DNA of 64,000 nt. Origin: Chloroflexota bacterium. Lineage in GTDB: Bacteria > Chloroflexota > Limnocylindria > Limnocylindrales > CSP1-4. Shown piece after piece: positions 51,389 through 64,000 of this stretch. The stretch lies in NCBI GenBank assembly GCA_005882635.1, contig VBFG01000047.1, forward strand, positions 5,833 to 69,832, read 5' to 3'. Position numbers and translations under genes: made by a program. The notes under the pieces were generated by a model. It was not told where the DNA came from. It did no database searches and worked only from the letters and a program-made list of their open reading frames with translations. Numbering within the stretch: position 1 is the first letter of the stretch; every line of letters begins with the position of its first letter.

Positions 51389-52753
51389 GTGATACGCGGT
51401 CGACGCGGTCATGCCAGGGAGCAAGACGAACCGCGGATCCCGCACCGCGAGCCGGCCGAGAGCACGGGAGGCTTGGAGGCGGTGATCGCTGCCGAGCGGA
51501 ACCCGATCCGGCGCTTCCTGAAGGTCCTCGGGCCCGGGTTCATCAGCGGGGCTGCCGACGATGATCCGAGTGGGATTGGGACCTACGCCACCGCAGGCGC
51601 ATCGCTCGGCTTCGCGACGCTCTGGACAGCCCTCCTGACGTTTCCGCTCATGGCGGCCGTTCAGCTGGTCTGCGCCAAGATCGGGATGGTCACCGGCAAG
51701 GGCCTGGCTGGCGTCCTCCGTCAGCACTATCCACGGTGGATCCTCTACGGCGCGGTCACGGGTCTATTCGTGGCGAACACGATCAACGTTGGCGCGGACC
51801 TCGCGGCCATCGCCGCGGCGATCAATCTGTTGGTGCCGCCGCTGCCCATCGCTCCGCTGGTCCCGCCGATCGGCCTCGGGATCCTGGCCCTCCAGATCTG
51901 GGGCTCGTACCGGCTCATCGCCAGAATCTTCAAGTGGTTGACGTTGGCGCTGTTCGCCTATATCGGCGCGGCATTCTTCGCCCGGCCGGATTGGGGAACA
52001 GTGCTCGCCGCGACGTTCCTTCCAACGATCAGGCTCGATCAGGCGTTTCTGCTGACGCTCGTGGCAATCCTCGGGACAACGATCTCGCCCTACCTGTTCT
52101 TCTGGCAGGCGACCCAGGAGGTCGAGGAGGAGGTCAGCATGGGCCGGACGCAACTCTGGCGCCGCCGAGGAGCTACCGATGGGGAGCTCCGGTATGCCGC
52201 GCTGGACGTCAACGTCGGGATGTTCTTCAGCATTCTTGTCATGTACTTCGTCATGCTGGCGACGGCCGCGACGCTCCACCAGGCCGGCAAGACCGACATC
52301 ACGTCCGCGACCGATGCGGCTCAAGCCCTGCGCCCGCTGGCGGGGGACCTGTCGTCGGTCCTCCTGGCCGTCGGGCTCATCGGTAGCGGCGTGCTGGCGG
52401 TCCCGATCCTGTCCGGATCGGCGGCATACGCCTTGTCCGAAGCCTTCGGCTGGAAGTACGGACTCGACCAGAACCCTGCGCGGGCCAAGCAGTTCTACGC
52501 GGTCATCGCAGTCGCGACGCTCGTCGGCATCGGCATCGATTACCTCGGCATCAACCCGATCGACGCCTTGTTCTTCACGGCCGTCGTGAACGGTTTCGTC
52601 GCGCCACCGCTGCTGATCATGATCATGCTCGTCGCGAACAACCGGAAGATCATGGGCAAGCGCAGAAATAGTCGCCTGACCAACGTCCTGGGTTGGGCGG
52701 CCGTCGCGATCCTGTTCCTGGCGGCCGGCGTCTTACTGGCAACGAGCATCTGA
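51389..52753 (+). CDS. NRAMP-family divalent metal transporter
   Basis: GTG start after AAGGAGG. GPGFISGAADDDPSGIGTYATAGA... and about 11 TM segments. Confidence 0.9.
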   Translation: MIRGRRGHAREQDEPRIPHREPAESTGGLEAVIAAERNPIRRFLKVLGPGFISGAADDDPSGIGTYATAGASLGFATLWTALLTFPLMAAVQLVCAKIGMVTGKGLAGVLRQHYPRWILYGAVTGLFVANTINVGADLAAIAAAINLLVPPLPIAPLVPPIGLGILALQIWGSYRLIARIFKWLTLALFAYIGAAFFARPDWGTVLAATFLPTIRLDQAFLLTLVAILGTTISPYLFFWQATQEVEEEVSMGRTQLWRRRGATDGELRYAALDVNVGMFFSILVMYFVMLATAATLHQAGKTDITSATDAAQALRPLAGDLSSVLLAVGLIGSGVLAVPILSGSAAYALSEAFGWKYGLDQNPARAKQFYAVIAVATLVGIGIDYLGINPIDALFFTAVVNGFVAPPLLIMIMLVANNRKIMGKRRNSRLTNVLGWAAVAILFLAAGVLLATSI

Positions 52754-52820
52754 ATCCCGACCGGCCGGTCCGCTCAGCACAGCCGGCGCGGCTTCCCGCG
52801 ATCGAGCCGAGCCCGCCCCG

Positions 52821-53228
52821 TCAGATCGCCCGCATCCGGTTGTTCTTCGCGTCGTGGGTCAGCTCGGCCTTGCCGAGCGCCTCGAGGAGTGGCGGCATGT
52901 ACACGCCGAACCGACCGCGCAGGCCCTTCTTCACGCCGTACCAGCCGCCGCGCGGGTTCGAATCCGAGCGCCCCCACGCCTCGACGCTGCCCTCCGGGGC
53001 CGGCTTCTGCTCGTCGGCGCCACCGAGCGCTACCCAATCGCCCTGCTGCTTGAGCCAGGCATGCAGTTCATCGATCGCCCGGGCGTCATAGAGCAGCCTC
53101 GTGCCGCCGACCTGGCACACGATGGTCGGCGGATCCGACGCCTCGTCGCGGTACATCGAGTACTCCGACGTGCCCGGCGGGGTCTTCAGGATCCACGGGT
53201 CGTCCTTCGTGCCGCGCGCAGTCGCCAT
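52821..53228 (-). CDS. conserved hypothetical protein (135 aa)
   Basis: ATG 53228 after GAGGAGG. MATARGTKDDPWILKTPPGTSEYSMYRD...GGWYGVKKGLRGRFGVYMPPLLEALG. Looks like a conserved soluble family; I cannot name it with certainty. Confidence 0.65.
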   Translation of the reverse strand: MATARGTKDDPWILKTPPGTSEYSMYRDEASDPPTIVCQVGGTRLLYDARAIDELHAWLKQQGDWVALGGADEQKPAPEGSVEAWGRSDSNPRGGWYGVKKGLRGRFGVYMPPLLEALGKAELTHDAKNNRMRAI

Positions 53229-53342
53229 TGGGTGCCTCCTCGTCGTCACCATGCCGCGACCACGCGGCCGCCATGCATAACCGAAGCGCTACCGTAACCG
53301 GGGCCGCCCGCGGGAGCGTCGCTCACCCGAACATGGCCTACG

Positions 53343-53663
53343 ATGCTGGCCATGGGTCAGCCGAGCGTCGCCGACGCCGAGGTCGTCGTCGAGGACAACC
53401 CGGAGGAGTCGCGCTACGAGGCACGGGTCGCCGATCGGATCATCGGGATCGCCGAGTACGAGCTCCCCGACGAGCGAGGCCCGATCGTCTTCATCCACAC
53501 CGAGGTGCTCCCCGACGTCGAGGGGCTGGGGGTCGGGAGCCGGCTCGCCCGCGGCGCCCTCGACGACGTTCGGCGGCGCGGCCTTCGGGCTGTCGTCGAG
53601 TGCCCGTTCATCAGCGCCTACGTCAAGCGCCACCACGACTACGACGACCTGATCGAGCGCTGA
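53343..53663 (+). CDS. small GNAT-like (YjdJ-type) acetyltransferase-fold protein
   Basis: ORF 53343..53663. SRYEARV.DRIIGIAEYE......IVFIHTEV.P..EG.GVGSRLARGALDDVRRRGL.VV..CPFI..Y.. Confidence 0.7.
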   Translation: MLAMGQPSVADAEVVVEDNPEESRYEARVADRIIGIAEYELPDERGPIVFIHTEVLPDVEGLGVGSRLARGALDDVRRRGLRAVVECPFISAYVKRHHDYDDLIER

Positions 53664-53678
53664 CGAGGGGCCTTCGGC

Positions 53679-54533
53679 CTACCCGTGTCGGCGTCGACCG
53701 GCCCAGGCGACGACCGGCAGCGCCAGGATCGGTGCCTCGAGCGACGAGTACAGCAGCCCGCCGCCGCGCGAGTTCACCACCGAGGCGACCCAGTCGCCCC
53801 ACAGCGCCCCGAACGGCAGGCTCAGCGCGATGAGAACGGCGAGGCCCAGCCACCACGAGCGTCGCCGCACCCCGAACAGGGCAAACGGCGCGAGACTCGG
53901 CTTGAGCAGGACGAAGGGCGCCGCCGCCCGCGAGGCACCGACCACGGCGAGCGCCATCGCCGCCATCGACCAGATGACCGGGTTGCCGGTCCAGATCTTC
54001 AGGAGCGTGGTCGGGTTCGCGAGGCACAGGGCGATCAGGGGCCAGACGAGCGGCCGCGGCCGGAGCACAGCGACGGTCGCGGCCACGACACCCAGCGGAA
54101 TCACCCACCACGCGACCGCAGCCACGACCGACCACGGCGCCGCGCTCGCGACGGCGAACGGGACGAACAGCCACAGCGCGACCGGCGGGTAGAGGACGTC
54201 GCCGGCCCGGATCTCGTACGGCCCGGCGAGCTGGTACGACTCGTAGAAGGAGCCGCCGCCGAGCCAGCGGTTCGTGACCTCGCGATACAGCTGGAAATCG
54301 ACCCCGAATGGCTGCTCGAGGGGATGCGGAACGAGCGCGACGAACAGGACCGGGATCGCGAAGGCGGCGATCGACAGGACCGCCGCAAGGGCGGGTCGAT
54401 CGAGCAGATCCCGTACCTGAGCACCACGCGACGAAGGACTACTGGTGGAAAGCCCACCGGACCACATCACACGCATCCTGCCATCCATGCCCCGGATCCC
54501 GTCCCGGAACACCCGTCTCATGCTCGGAATCAC
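53679..54533 (-). CDS. polytopic membrane protein, DUF2029/GT87-like
   Basis: ORF 53679..54533. DFQLYREV...YPPVALWLFVPF pattern and about 7 TM segments. The start is probably an internal Met (about 54467), which avoids overlap with the divergent GGDEF gene. Confidence 0.6.
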   Translation of the reverse strand: MIPSMRRVFRDGIRGMDGRMRVMWSGGLSTSSPSSRGAQVRDLLDRPALAAVLSIAAFAIPVLFVALVPHPLEQPFGVDFQLYREVTNRWLGGGSFYESYQLAGPYEIRAGDVLYPPVALWLFVPFAVASAAPWSVVAAVAWWVIPLGVVAATVAVLRPRPLVWPLIALCLANPTTLLKIWTGNPVIWSMAAMALAVVGASRAAAPFVLLKPSLAPFALFGVRRRSWWLGLAVLIALSLPFGALWGDWVASVVNSRGGGLLYSSLEAPILALPVVAWAGRRRHG

Positions 54534-56184
54534 GCTGATTGCGGTCGCCTCCGTCGGGGTGGCAGCGTCGGTCTTCGCCGTGACCGAGGCCGAGCAGCGA
54601 CGGATCGACGCAGACGCCGCGACCCTCGAGCACCTCGACCAGCTCGTCGCGGTCCTCGATTCAGCCGTCGGGCGGCAGGAGGTCGGCCTCGACGATTACG
54701 TCCTGTCCGATCAGCCGGCCGCCCTGTCGAGCTACCAGGACGCGGTCGCCGCCGAGGCGCAGACGATCGCCGCGATCCACGCCGGGGGCTTCGGCCTGCC
54801 GGATGCCGACGCCGCGGCCGACATCGTCGGCACCCTGGGCTCCGACTGGCGCCGGCTCATCGCCGATCCCGCGATCCGCGCCCGCCAGGCCTCGAACGCC
54901 ACGGGGATCGCCGCCTTTGCCGCCGAGGCGGTGAATGACCGGGCCGGCATCGACAGCGCGCGCACGCACCTGACCTCGCTCGTCGACACCGCCCACGCGG
55001 CGCTCGACGGCCGCTCGTCCGTCCTCAGCGTGGCCCGCGCCATCGCGACGTGGACCAGCTTCGCGATCCTGTTCGTCGCCTTCGGCCTCGCCCTGATCCT
55101 CGTCCGACGGTTCAGCCGGACGGTCGAGCGCGACGCCCGTGAAGCGGGCGTCGTCAATCGCTTCACCGAGGTCACGTCGTTCGCGGGCGACGACCGGGAG
55201 ATCGCGGCGGCGAACCTCGTCGCGCTCGGCCGGCTCGTCCACCCCGACGCGTCCGTGATGCATGTGCTCAACCGGTCGATGGATCGGGCCGTGCCCGAGG
55301 CGACGACCGGCGACACCGTCGCGGAGGTCCTGCCGCTCGGTGCGCTCGAGCGCTGCGCCGGGATGTTGCGTGGCTCGATGTTCGTCGCCGAGGACCTCGC
55401 CGACGATCTCAGCGTCCACTGCCCGATCTATCCCGCGACCCGCGGGACCCTCATCTGTGTGCCGCTGAGCAGCGGCGAGCGCGTCGGCGCCGTCCACCTG
55501 TACTGGTCGACGCCGCGTGCCCTCCCGCTCACCCAGCGTGCGGGCGTCGTCCGGATCACCGAGCACGCGGCCCTGGCGATCGGCAACCGCCGGCTCCTCG
55601 CCGCCCTTCAGGGCCAGGCCGACACCGATCCGCGGACCGGGCTGGCGAACAGCCGCGCGTTCGACCGGGCGATGGAGGAGAAGCTGAGCGCGCGGGCGAG
55701 CGCGGAGTCGCTGTCGGTCCTGATGGTCGACATCGACCATTTCAAGCAGTTCAACGACCACCATGGCCATCCGGCCGGCGACGAGGCGCTGCGCGTCTTC
55801 GCGGGCGTGCTTCGATCGTGCCTTCGTGACGGCGACGTCGCCGCGCGCTATGGCGGTGAGGAGTTCGCCGTGCTGCTGCCGGGCAACGATCGCGACGCCG
55901 CGTTGGCGATCGCGGAGCGGATCCGGTCCCGAGCCGAGTCGACGATCGTGTCGCTCGCGCCCGGGCTGACCGACCGGATCACCGTCTCGATCGGGGTGGC
56001 CACGACGCCGGAGCACGCGCTCGATCGGATCACGCTCCTGCGCCTCGCCGACGAGGCCCTGTACGACGCGAAGAACGCCGGCCGGAACCGGGTCGTCGTG
56101 CTCGCACCGGCCGACGCTGCCGCCGACGTGCCGATCGCCCACGCGGGGCGCAAGCGTCCGGCGCGGGCCGAGGCGTCCTCCTAG
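54487..56184 (+). CDS. membrane-anchored diguanylate cyclase (TM - helical sensor - GAF-like - GGDEF)
   Basis: Frame of ORF 54445..56184. Active site RYGGEEF with the I-site RDGD 5 residues upstream. Two TM segments flank an ~170-aa helical region. Confidence 0.85.
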   Translation: MPRIPSRNTRLMLGITLIAVASVGVAASVFAVTEAEQRRIDADAATLEHLDQLVAVLDSAVGRQEVGLDDYVLSDQPAALSSYQDAVAAEAQTIAAIHAGGFGLPDADAAADIVGTLGSDWRRLIADPAIRARQASNATGIAAFAAEAVNDRAGIDSARTHLTSLVDTAHAALDGRSSVLSVARAIATWTSFAILFVAFGLALILVRRFSRTVERDAREAGVVNRFTEVTSFAGDDREIAAANLVALGRLVHPDASVMHVLNRSMDRAVPEATTGDTVAEVLPLGALERCAGMLRGSMFVAEDLADDLSVHCPIYPATRGTLICVPLSSGERVGAVHLYWSTPRALPLTQRAGVVRITEHAALAIGNRRLLAALQGQADTDPRTGLANSRAFDRAMEEKLSARASAESLSVLMVDIDHFKQFNDHHGHPAGDEALRVFAGVLRSCLRDGDVAARYGGEEFAVLLPGNDRDAALAIAERIRSRAESTIVSLAPGLTDRITVSIGVATTPEHALDRITLLRLADEALYDAKNAGRNRVVVLAPADAAADVPIAHAGRKRPARAEASS

Positions 56185-56195
56185 GAAGCGAGCGA

Positions 56196-56232
56196 GCAAA
56201 AGGGGGCCCGGCCCCGAGGGCTCGGGACCGGG
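56196..56232 (-). terminator. intrinsic terminator for the ACT gene (hairpin shared with the convergent GGDEF gene)
   Basis: CCCGGCCCCGAG/CTCGGGACCGGG stem (one mismatch). On the minus strand it is followed by CCCCCTTTTGC. Confidence 0.5.
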
Positions 56233-56266
56233 CCGGGTGGTGTGCTGGCGCCTCTCGGCGGAGGGA

Positions 56267-56662
56267 TCAGCGACGCGTGGTCGCCGTCGCCAGGATCTCG
56301 CGGGCCTTCGCCGGGTTGTTCGTCACGAACGAGACCGTGACCTCGCCGCCGGTCATGCCGGACGGCAGGATCGCCTCGATGTTGACGCCGGCATCGGCGA
56401 GCCGACGGGCCGCCTGAGCAAGGGAGCCCGGCTTGTGGGCGAGATTCGCCTCGACCGTCTCGAGCTCCTTGAAGGTGAACCCGGCCGATCCGAACGCCGC
56501 CCGTGTTCCCGCATCGTCGGACGTCACGACCGCGGCACGGCCGCTGTCGCCGCAGGACGCCCCGGCGATGTTCTCGATGTTGATCCCCTTGGACCCGAGA
56601 GCATCCGCCAGCTTGGCGAGCGTACCGGGCTTGTTGTCCAGATCGACCAAGAATGCATGCAT
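56267..56662 (-). CDS. tandem ACT-domain protein
   Basis: ATG 56662 after GGAGG. MHAFLVDLDNKPGTLAKLADALGSKGINI... repeated as ANLAHKPGSLAQAARRLADAGVNI. Confidence 0.75.
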   Translation of the reverse strand: MHAFLVDLDNKPGTLAKLADALGSKGINIENIAGASCGDSGRAAVVTSDDAGTRAAFGSAGFTFKELETVEANLAHKPGSLAQAARRLADAGVNIEAILPSGMTGGEVTVSFVTNNPAKAREILATATTRR

Positions 56663-56862
56663 CGATGTGGACCTCCGCGACTCAACCAACCCGTCCGAGC
56701 GACAGTGGCGCCTCCTCGAGGGCGGGCCGGGAGACCCTCGATTCTAGACCCATCGCCTCGTGCTGGCGAATGCCGGGCGACGATCGCCGACCCCACGATC
56801 GACGTCCGCAGAGGGTGACTTGCGATTTCACGCAATGGTTGCACAAGCAACCATAACTCACC

Positions 56863-60147
<3,285 letters not shown>

Positions 60148-60331
60148 AGAGTCGACTGGGCTCCGCGCGGTATCTGGGGCTCGGCACAGCCGAGTGGATG
60201 AATGTCAGCCGAGATTCCATTGCAAAGTCGTTGCACCGGTGGCGATCCCGTGACAACGGCGCCGCGTCCGATCACTGCCCGGTGCTGTGGTGCAACGGCG
60301 CCGCCGTCCGACCGGGGCTATCCTCGATCCC

Positions 60332-61135
60332 ATGACGATCACGGCGACGCGCTCGGGCCTCGTATCCGTCAACGAGATCCAGCTGTGGTACGAGGTTCAC
60401 GGCAGCGGCAAGCCACTCGTCCTGCTTCACGGCGGCTTCGGGGCGGTCGACATGTTCGGCCCCAACCTCGCCGCGCTGGCCGAGAAGAGCCAGGTCGTCG
60501 GGCTCGACCTCCAGAGCCACGGCCACTCGCCGGCGGCCGACAAGCCGATGACGTTCGAGACGATGGCCGATGACCTCACCGCCCTGATCGAGCAGCTCGG
60601 CCTCGCGAAGGTCGACCTCATGGGCTTCTCGCTCGGCGGCGGTGTCGCGCTGCGGACGGCGATCCAGCACCCGGACGTGGTCGACCGGCTGATCCTCGTC
60701 TCGACGCCGACGAGGCGCTCCGGCTGGTACCCGGAGATGACCGCCGGGATGGACCAGATGGGCCCGGCAGTCGCCGAGCCGATGATGCAGTCGCCGATGT
60801 ACGCCTCCTATCGCGAGATCGCACCGAATGTCGACGACTGGCCCAGGCTGGTCGAGCAGGTCACGACCCTGATGCACGAGGACTACGACTGGACCGCCGA
60901 CGCGGCCAAGCTCCAGATGCCGGTCCTGATCGTGGCCGGTGATGCCGACGGGTTGCCGCCGCGCCACGCGGTCGAGTTCTTCGAGCTGCTCGGCGGCGGC
61001 CGGCGGGATGCGAGCTGGGATCGATCGGGGATGTCGAAGCATCGCCTTGCGATCCTGCCGGGCGTGACCCACTACGACATCAACGTCCATCCCCTTCTGG
61101 CGACGAGCGTGAGGTCGTTCCTGGACGAACACTGA
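60332..61135 (+). CDS. alpha/beta-fold hydrolase
   Basis: ATG 60332 in ORF 60287..61135. LVLLHGG, nucleophile elbow GFSLGG, C-terminal THYD (His). Confidence 0.85.
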   Translation: MTITATRSGLVSVNEIQLWYEVHGSGKPLVLLHGGFGAVDMFGPNLAALAEKSQVVGLDLQSHGHSPAADKPMTFETMADDLTALIEQLGLAKVDLMGFSLGGGVALRTAIQHPDVVDRLILVSTPTRRSGWYPEMTAGMDQMGPAVAEPMMQSPMYASYREIAPNVDDWPRLVEQVTTLMHEDYDWTADAAKLQMPVLIVAGDADGLPPRHAVEFFELLGGGRRDASWDRSGMSKHRLAILPGVTHYDINVHPLLATSVRSFLDEH

Positions 61136-61244
61136 GCCGAGTTTCGACCGTTGCCCCTCGGCAACACGGGGCGTACCATCTCCCACCCGTCGAGTCGCGA
61201 CGCGTCCGGGAGCGTCGGCAGGGACGGAGACAGCGAGGCGCGAC

Positions 61245-62186
61245 ATGTCGGACGAGCAGCCCGAGCACGGTTCCGAGACCCCCACCGAGGAGGCCACCGC
61301 CTCGTCGAGCGCGAATGGCGCCGGCGACGGGTCGATCGCCGTGGCCGATGCCACGGAACCGGCGCCGATCGCGGGTCCCGAATCCAGCGACGACGGATCG
61401 GCCTTCCTGGCCGAGCTCGCCCGGGCGATGCAGACGACCGCGGCCGCCGAACGAGCCCGCGTCTCGGACGACACGGACCGCCGCCGCGAGGCCCATGTCG
61501 CCGAGATCCACGCTCGCCGCGACGCCGAGATCGAGAGGATGCGCGAGCTCGCCGACCAGGACGCTCGCGCCGTCGACGCCTGGGCCGAGCGGGAGCGCCA
61601 GCGGATCCAGCAGGAGCGCGAGCGCCGGAGCCAGGACCTTCAGGCCGATCTCGAGCGGAGCCTCGCCGAGCATCGGGCCAAGATCGACCGGGAGACCGAC
61701 GGCGTCGAGGCCGCCGTCGCCGCCTATCGGATCGAGGTCGATGAGTACTTCGCCGCGCTCGATCGCGAGACCGATCCCGTCGCGCTGGCCCAACGCGCCG
61801 GCCGCCGGCCGGTCTTCCCCGACCTGAGCGCGATCGGCCCGGATGGCACGAAGTCCACGGCGATCGGCGACGCCGCGCCCGTTGGCGAGCCGACCCCGAT
61901 CATCGGCGTCATGGACCGGGAGAGCCCGACGAAGCTCGCTCAGGCCTGGTCGCAGTGGAACGCATCGATCAAGGCAGCCGACGAGCGAGGGGCAGGCTCC
62001 GCGACGCCGGCGGAGGAGGCCGGAGGCGCGGCGAACGAGGCGACCGATGGCTCAGCGGAGTCCGAGCCCGTCGGCGTCGCGTCAGCCGCCGAGGGAGAGA
62101 CGCAGGCGAGCGCGAGCGTCCATCAGGCGCAGGGCTCCGGCCCGATGAGCTGGCTCCGCCGCGGCGGCGACCACAGCGGCGGCTAG
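61245..62186 (+). CDS. hypothetical coiled-coil protein with acidic disordered termini
   Basis: ORF 61245..62186. The central Arg/Glu/Asp-rich heptad-like region is RREAHVAEIHARRDAEIERMRELADQDARAVDAWAERERQRIQQERERR. Confidence 0.6.
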   Translation: MSDEQPEHGSETPTEEATASSSANGAGDGSIAVADATEPAPIAGPESSDDGSAFLAELARAMQTTAAAERARVSDDTDRRREAHVAEIHARRDAEIERMRELADQDARAVDAWAERERQRIQQERERRSQDLQADLERSLAEHRAKIDRETDGVEAAVAAYRIEVDEYFAALDRETDPVALAQRAGRRPVFPDLSAIGPDGTKSTAIGDAAPVGEPTPIIGVMDRESPTKLAQAWSQWNASIKAADERGAGSATPAEEAGGAANEATDGSAESEPVGVASAAEGETQASASVHQAQGSGPMSWLRRGGDHSGG

Positions 62187-62436
62187 GTCCGCCCGACGAC
62201 GGCGCGCGCCTGCCAGGCGCGCCGGCGCTCCCAGCCGCCGCGTGCGCCTCCCAGACGCGCTCCATGCCGTGTCCACGCTCGCCCAGTTGTCCGCCGCGTC
62301 TGCCAGGCGCCATTCCCGCACGGCCGTGTAGGGCTCGGCTCGAATTCGAGCGCCGGATGTCGAAATCGGGCGGCGGTCCCGAGCGAATGTCTCCGAGGTG
62401 CGCCTGACAGGACCGGCTGGCCCGCTGAGGATCAGC

Positions 62437-62739
62437 CTAGGAACCGAGATCGGCCGGCATGTCGCCGATGCCGACCGACCAGGCGACGGCCCAGTTGCCT
62501 CGGGTCATCTCGTCGAGCGTGAGCGTCTGCATGGTCTGGCCGGCCAGGTTGAACGTGTAGGTCGCGACCTCCGGCAGGTCGCGGACCGTGAACATCCATT
62601 CGCAGCCCGTGCCCTTCAGCGCTCCCGTCCCGAGCGTCGTCGAGCCCAGGACGGTGCCCATCGCGTCCTCGACCGAGACGACCGTGGCCGGTCCGATTCC
62701 CGATGAGCCTGACGCGCCGCGGCAGGTCGAGCCCGTCAC
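62437..62739 (-). CDS. 100-aa domain protein (possibly the extracytoplasmic C-terminal part of the split zinc-ribbon gene)
   Basis: Frame of ORF 62437..63279. GTG at 62739 overlaps the upstream TGA (GTGA). ...CEWMFTVRDLPEVATYTFNLAGQTMQTLTLDEMTRGNWAVAWSVGIGD. Confidence 0.5.
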   Translation of the reverse strand: MTGSTCRGASGSSGIGPATVVSVEDAMGTVLGSTTLGTGALKGTGCEWMFTVRDLPEVATYTFNLAGQTMQTLTLDEMTRGNWAVAWSVGIGDMPADLGS

Positions 62740-63005
62740 CTCGCAACGAGGCCAGCTCCCGCGACGACGGCCACGGCGAGCGCGGCGACGGCCAAGAGAA
62801 TCACGAAGAGCCAGGCCCGTCCGGCCGTCCGCCGCCGCTGGACCGGCGGCGCCGGCGCGATGACGCCGCGGAGGACGTTCGGCTGCGGAGCCGGACGCGG
62901 CCCGCTCTCGACCGGCGCGAAGTCGAAGTCGAATCCGCAGCTCCGGCAGAAGCGTAGGGCGCTCGTCCGCCGGGCCCCGCAATGTGGGCACGATTCGCTC
63001 AACAC
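62736..63005 (-). CDS. zinc-ribbon plus single-TM protein (possibly the N-terminal part of a split gene)
   Basis: Frame of ORF 62736..63191. Candidate GTG 63005. CPHCGARRTSALRFCRSCG, then TM AWLFVILLAVAALAVAVVAGAGLV. The stop comes immediately after the TM. Confidence 0.5.
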   Translation of the reverse strand: MLSESCPHCGARRTSALRFCRSCGFDFDFAPVESGPRPAPQPNVLRGVIAPAPPVQRRRTAGRAWLFVILLAVAALAVAVVAGAGLVAR

Positions 63006-63154
63006 GGGGACGGAGTGTAGAGGCCGGACGGAGGGTGGAGGGAAACGGGGCCACGCACGCTTGACAACGGGGGTGGAATGGACCTGAACCCCAGCGCCCC
63101 TTCCCTCGCCCCGTGCCCCCGTCGGCCGTCCGCCGACCGCGAGGAGGTCCTGCG

Positions 63155-64000
63155 ATGACCAGCCTGGTCCGTCGTTCCCTGGTCCTGGCAACCCTGGCCG
63201 CGCTCCTGCTCGGCGTGCTGGGCGCCTCGGCGCCGACAGCCATCGCGGCCCAGCCCACCTCCACCCGGGTCGCGGGCATCGACGTCGACGCGTCGACGAT
63301 CCCGCAGCTCCAGTCGCTGATGAACCGACATCGGCTGACGTCGGTCGAGCTCGTCCAGTTCTACCTCCACCGGATCCAGCGGCTGAACCCGAGGCTCCAC
63401 GCCGTCATCGTCGTGAGCCCGACCGCGCTCGCCGACGCCCGCCGGGCCGACGCGCTGCGCCGCGGCGGCGATCATCGACCGCTGCTCGGCATCCCGATCA
63501 TCGTCAAGGACAACATCGACACGACCGGCATGCCGACCACGGCCGGCTCGTGGTCGCTCGCCGACAGCAGGCCGAGCGACGCGTTCGTCGTCGGGCGGCT
63601 GCGGGCCGCCGGCGCCCTGATCATCGGCAAGGCGAACCTGAGCGAGTGGGCGAACTTCCGGTCGATCCCATCGTCGAGTGGCTGGAGCGGTATCGGTGGC
63701 CAGACGAACATGCCCTACGTGCTCGACCGCAACCCCTGCGGCTCGAGCTCCGGGTCCGGTGTCGCCGCCGCCGCCGACCTCGCCGTGGCCGCCGTCGGCA
63801 CGGAGACCGACGGCTCGGTCGTCTGCCCGTCCGGTGCGAACGGCATCGTCGGGATCAAGCCGACGGTCGGCCTCGTGAGCCGGTCCGGGATCGTCCCGAT
63901 CACGGCCGACCAGGACACCTCGGGTCCGATGGCCCGCAACGTGACCGACGCCGCGGTCCTCCTGGGGGCGATGACCGGCATCGACCCGACCGACCCGGCG
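63155..64000 (+). CDS. secreted amidase (amidase-signature family), 3'-truncated by the window edge
   Basis: ATG 63155 after GAGGAGG (open to the window end, so absent from the ORF track). Signal peptide MTSLVRRSLVLATLAALLLGVLGASAPTAIAA. GIPIIVKDNIDT and CGSSSGSGVAAAA signature. Confidence 0.9.
   Translation, partial: MTSLVRRSLVLATLAALLLGVLGASAPTAIAAQPTSTRVAGIDVDASTIPQLQSLMNRHRLTSVELVQFYLHRIQRLNPRLHAVIVVSPTALADARRADALRRGGDHRPLLGIPIIVKDNIDTTGMPTTAGSWSLADSRPSDAFVVGRLRAAGALIIGKANLSEWANFRSIPSSSGWSGIGGQTNMPYVLDRNPCGSSSGSGVAAAADLAVAAVGTETDGSVVCPSGANGIVGIKPTVGLVSRSGIVPITADQDTSGPMARNVTDAAVLLGAMTGIDPTDPA

Noticed and set aside
56835-56854. Hairpin ATGGTTGC-ACAA-GCAACCAT, 9 nt downstream of the poly-HAMP kinase stop, as a terminator or as another TGCAAC-type site.
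   Set aside because: It is an 8-bp AT-containing stem without a U-tract on the relevant (minus) strand, and it does not have the phased bipartite arrangement. It may be a weak terminator or operator for the downstream ACT gene, but the evidence is too thin for a call.
62336-62349. Perfect 14-bp palindrome GCTCGAATTCGAGC and nearby repeated CTGCCAGGCGC strings in the 62187-62436 spacer.
   Set aside because: These are isolated short palindromes in a convergent intergenic region. No repetition elsewhere in the window and no associated gene start, so no function can be inferred.

Overview
High-GC (roughly 70% by eye) bacterial chromosomal segment with actinobacterial/Terrabacteria-type gene content. 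About 65 protein-coding genes are supported. I saw no rRNA or tRNA genes, no CRISPR array, and no transposase, integrase or phage genes. Landmarks: a class A PBP; three cytoplasmic multi-domain sensor histidine kinases (8179-11154, 16973-18151, 56863-60147, the last with a poly-HAMP array built from four 276-bp tandem repeats); corA; a bacterial type IB topoisomerase; an ABC-2 exporter pair; aceE; an orphan KdpE-like response regulator; pncA; mtnP; EAL and GGDEF proteins; a Ser/Thr kinase; an NRAMP transporter; and a ~9-kb coenzyme F420 block (PPOX, FGD-family, LLM oxidoreductases, GNAT, cofD, cofC, cofE). The most unusual DNA-level signals are: (i) a 4.6-kb low-coding-density island (12.4-17.0 kb) of very small stress/membrane genes separated by 180-630 nt ORF-free spacers; (ii) an 11-bp-phased bipartite motif (TGTCA-N6-TGCAAC and relatives) upstream of several genes; (iii) three palindromic repeats at exact 83-bp spacing between two convergent genes; (iv) a perfect 13-bp inverted repeat bracketing 138 bp downstream of aceE; (v) shared upstream sequence blocks in front of the PBP and the Ser/Thr kinase. 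All calls come from manual reading of the ORF translations and the sequence. No database search or folding program was available. Family names are recognition-based, and motif coordinates may be off by 1-2 nt.
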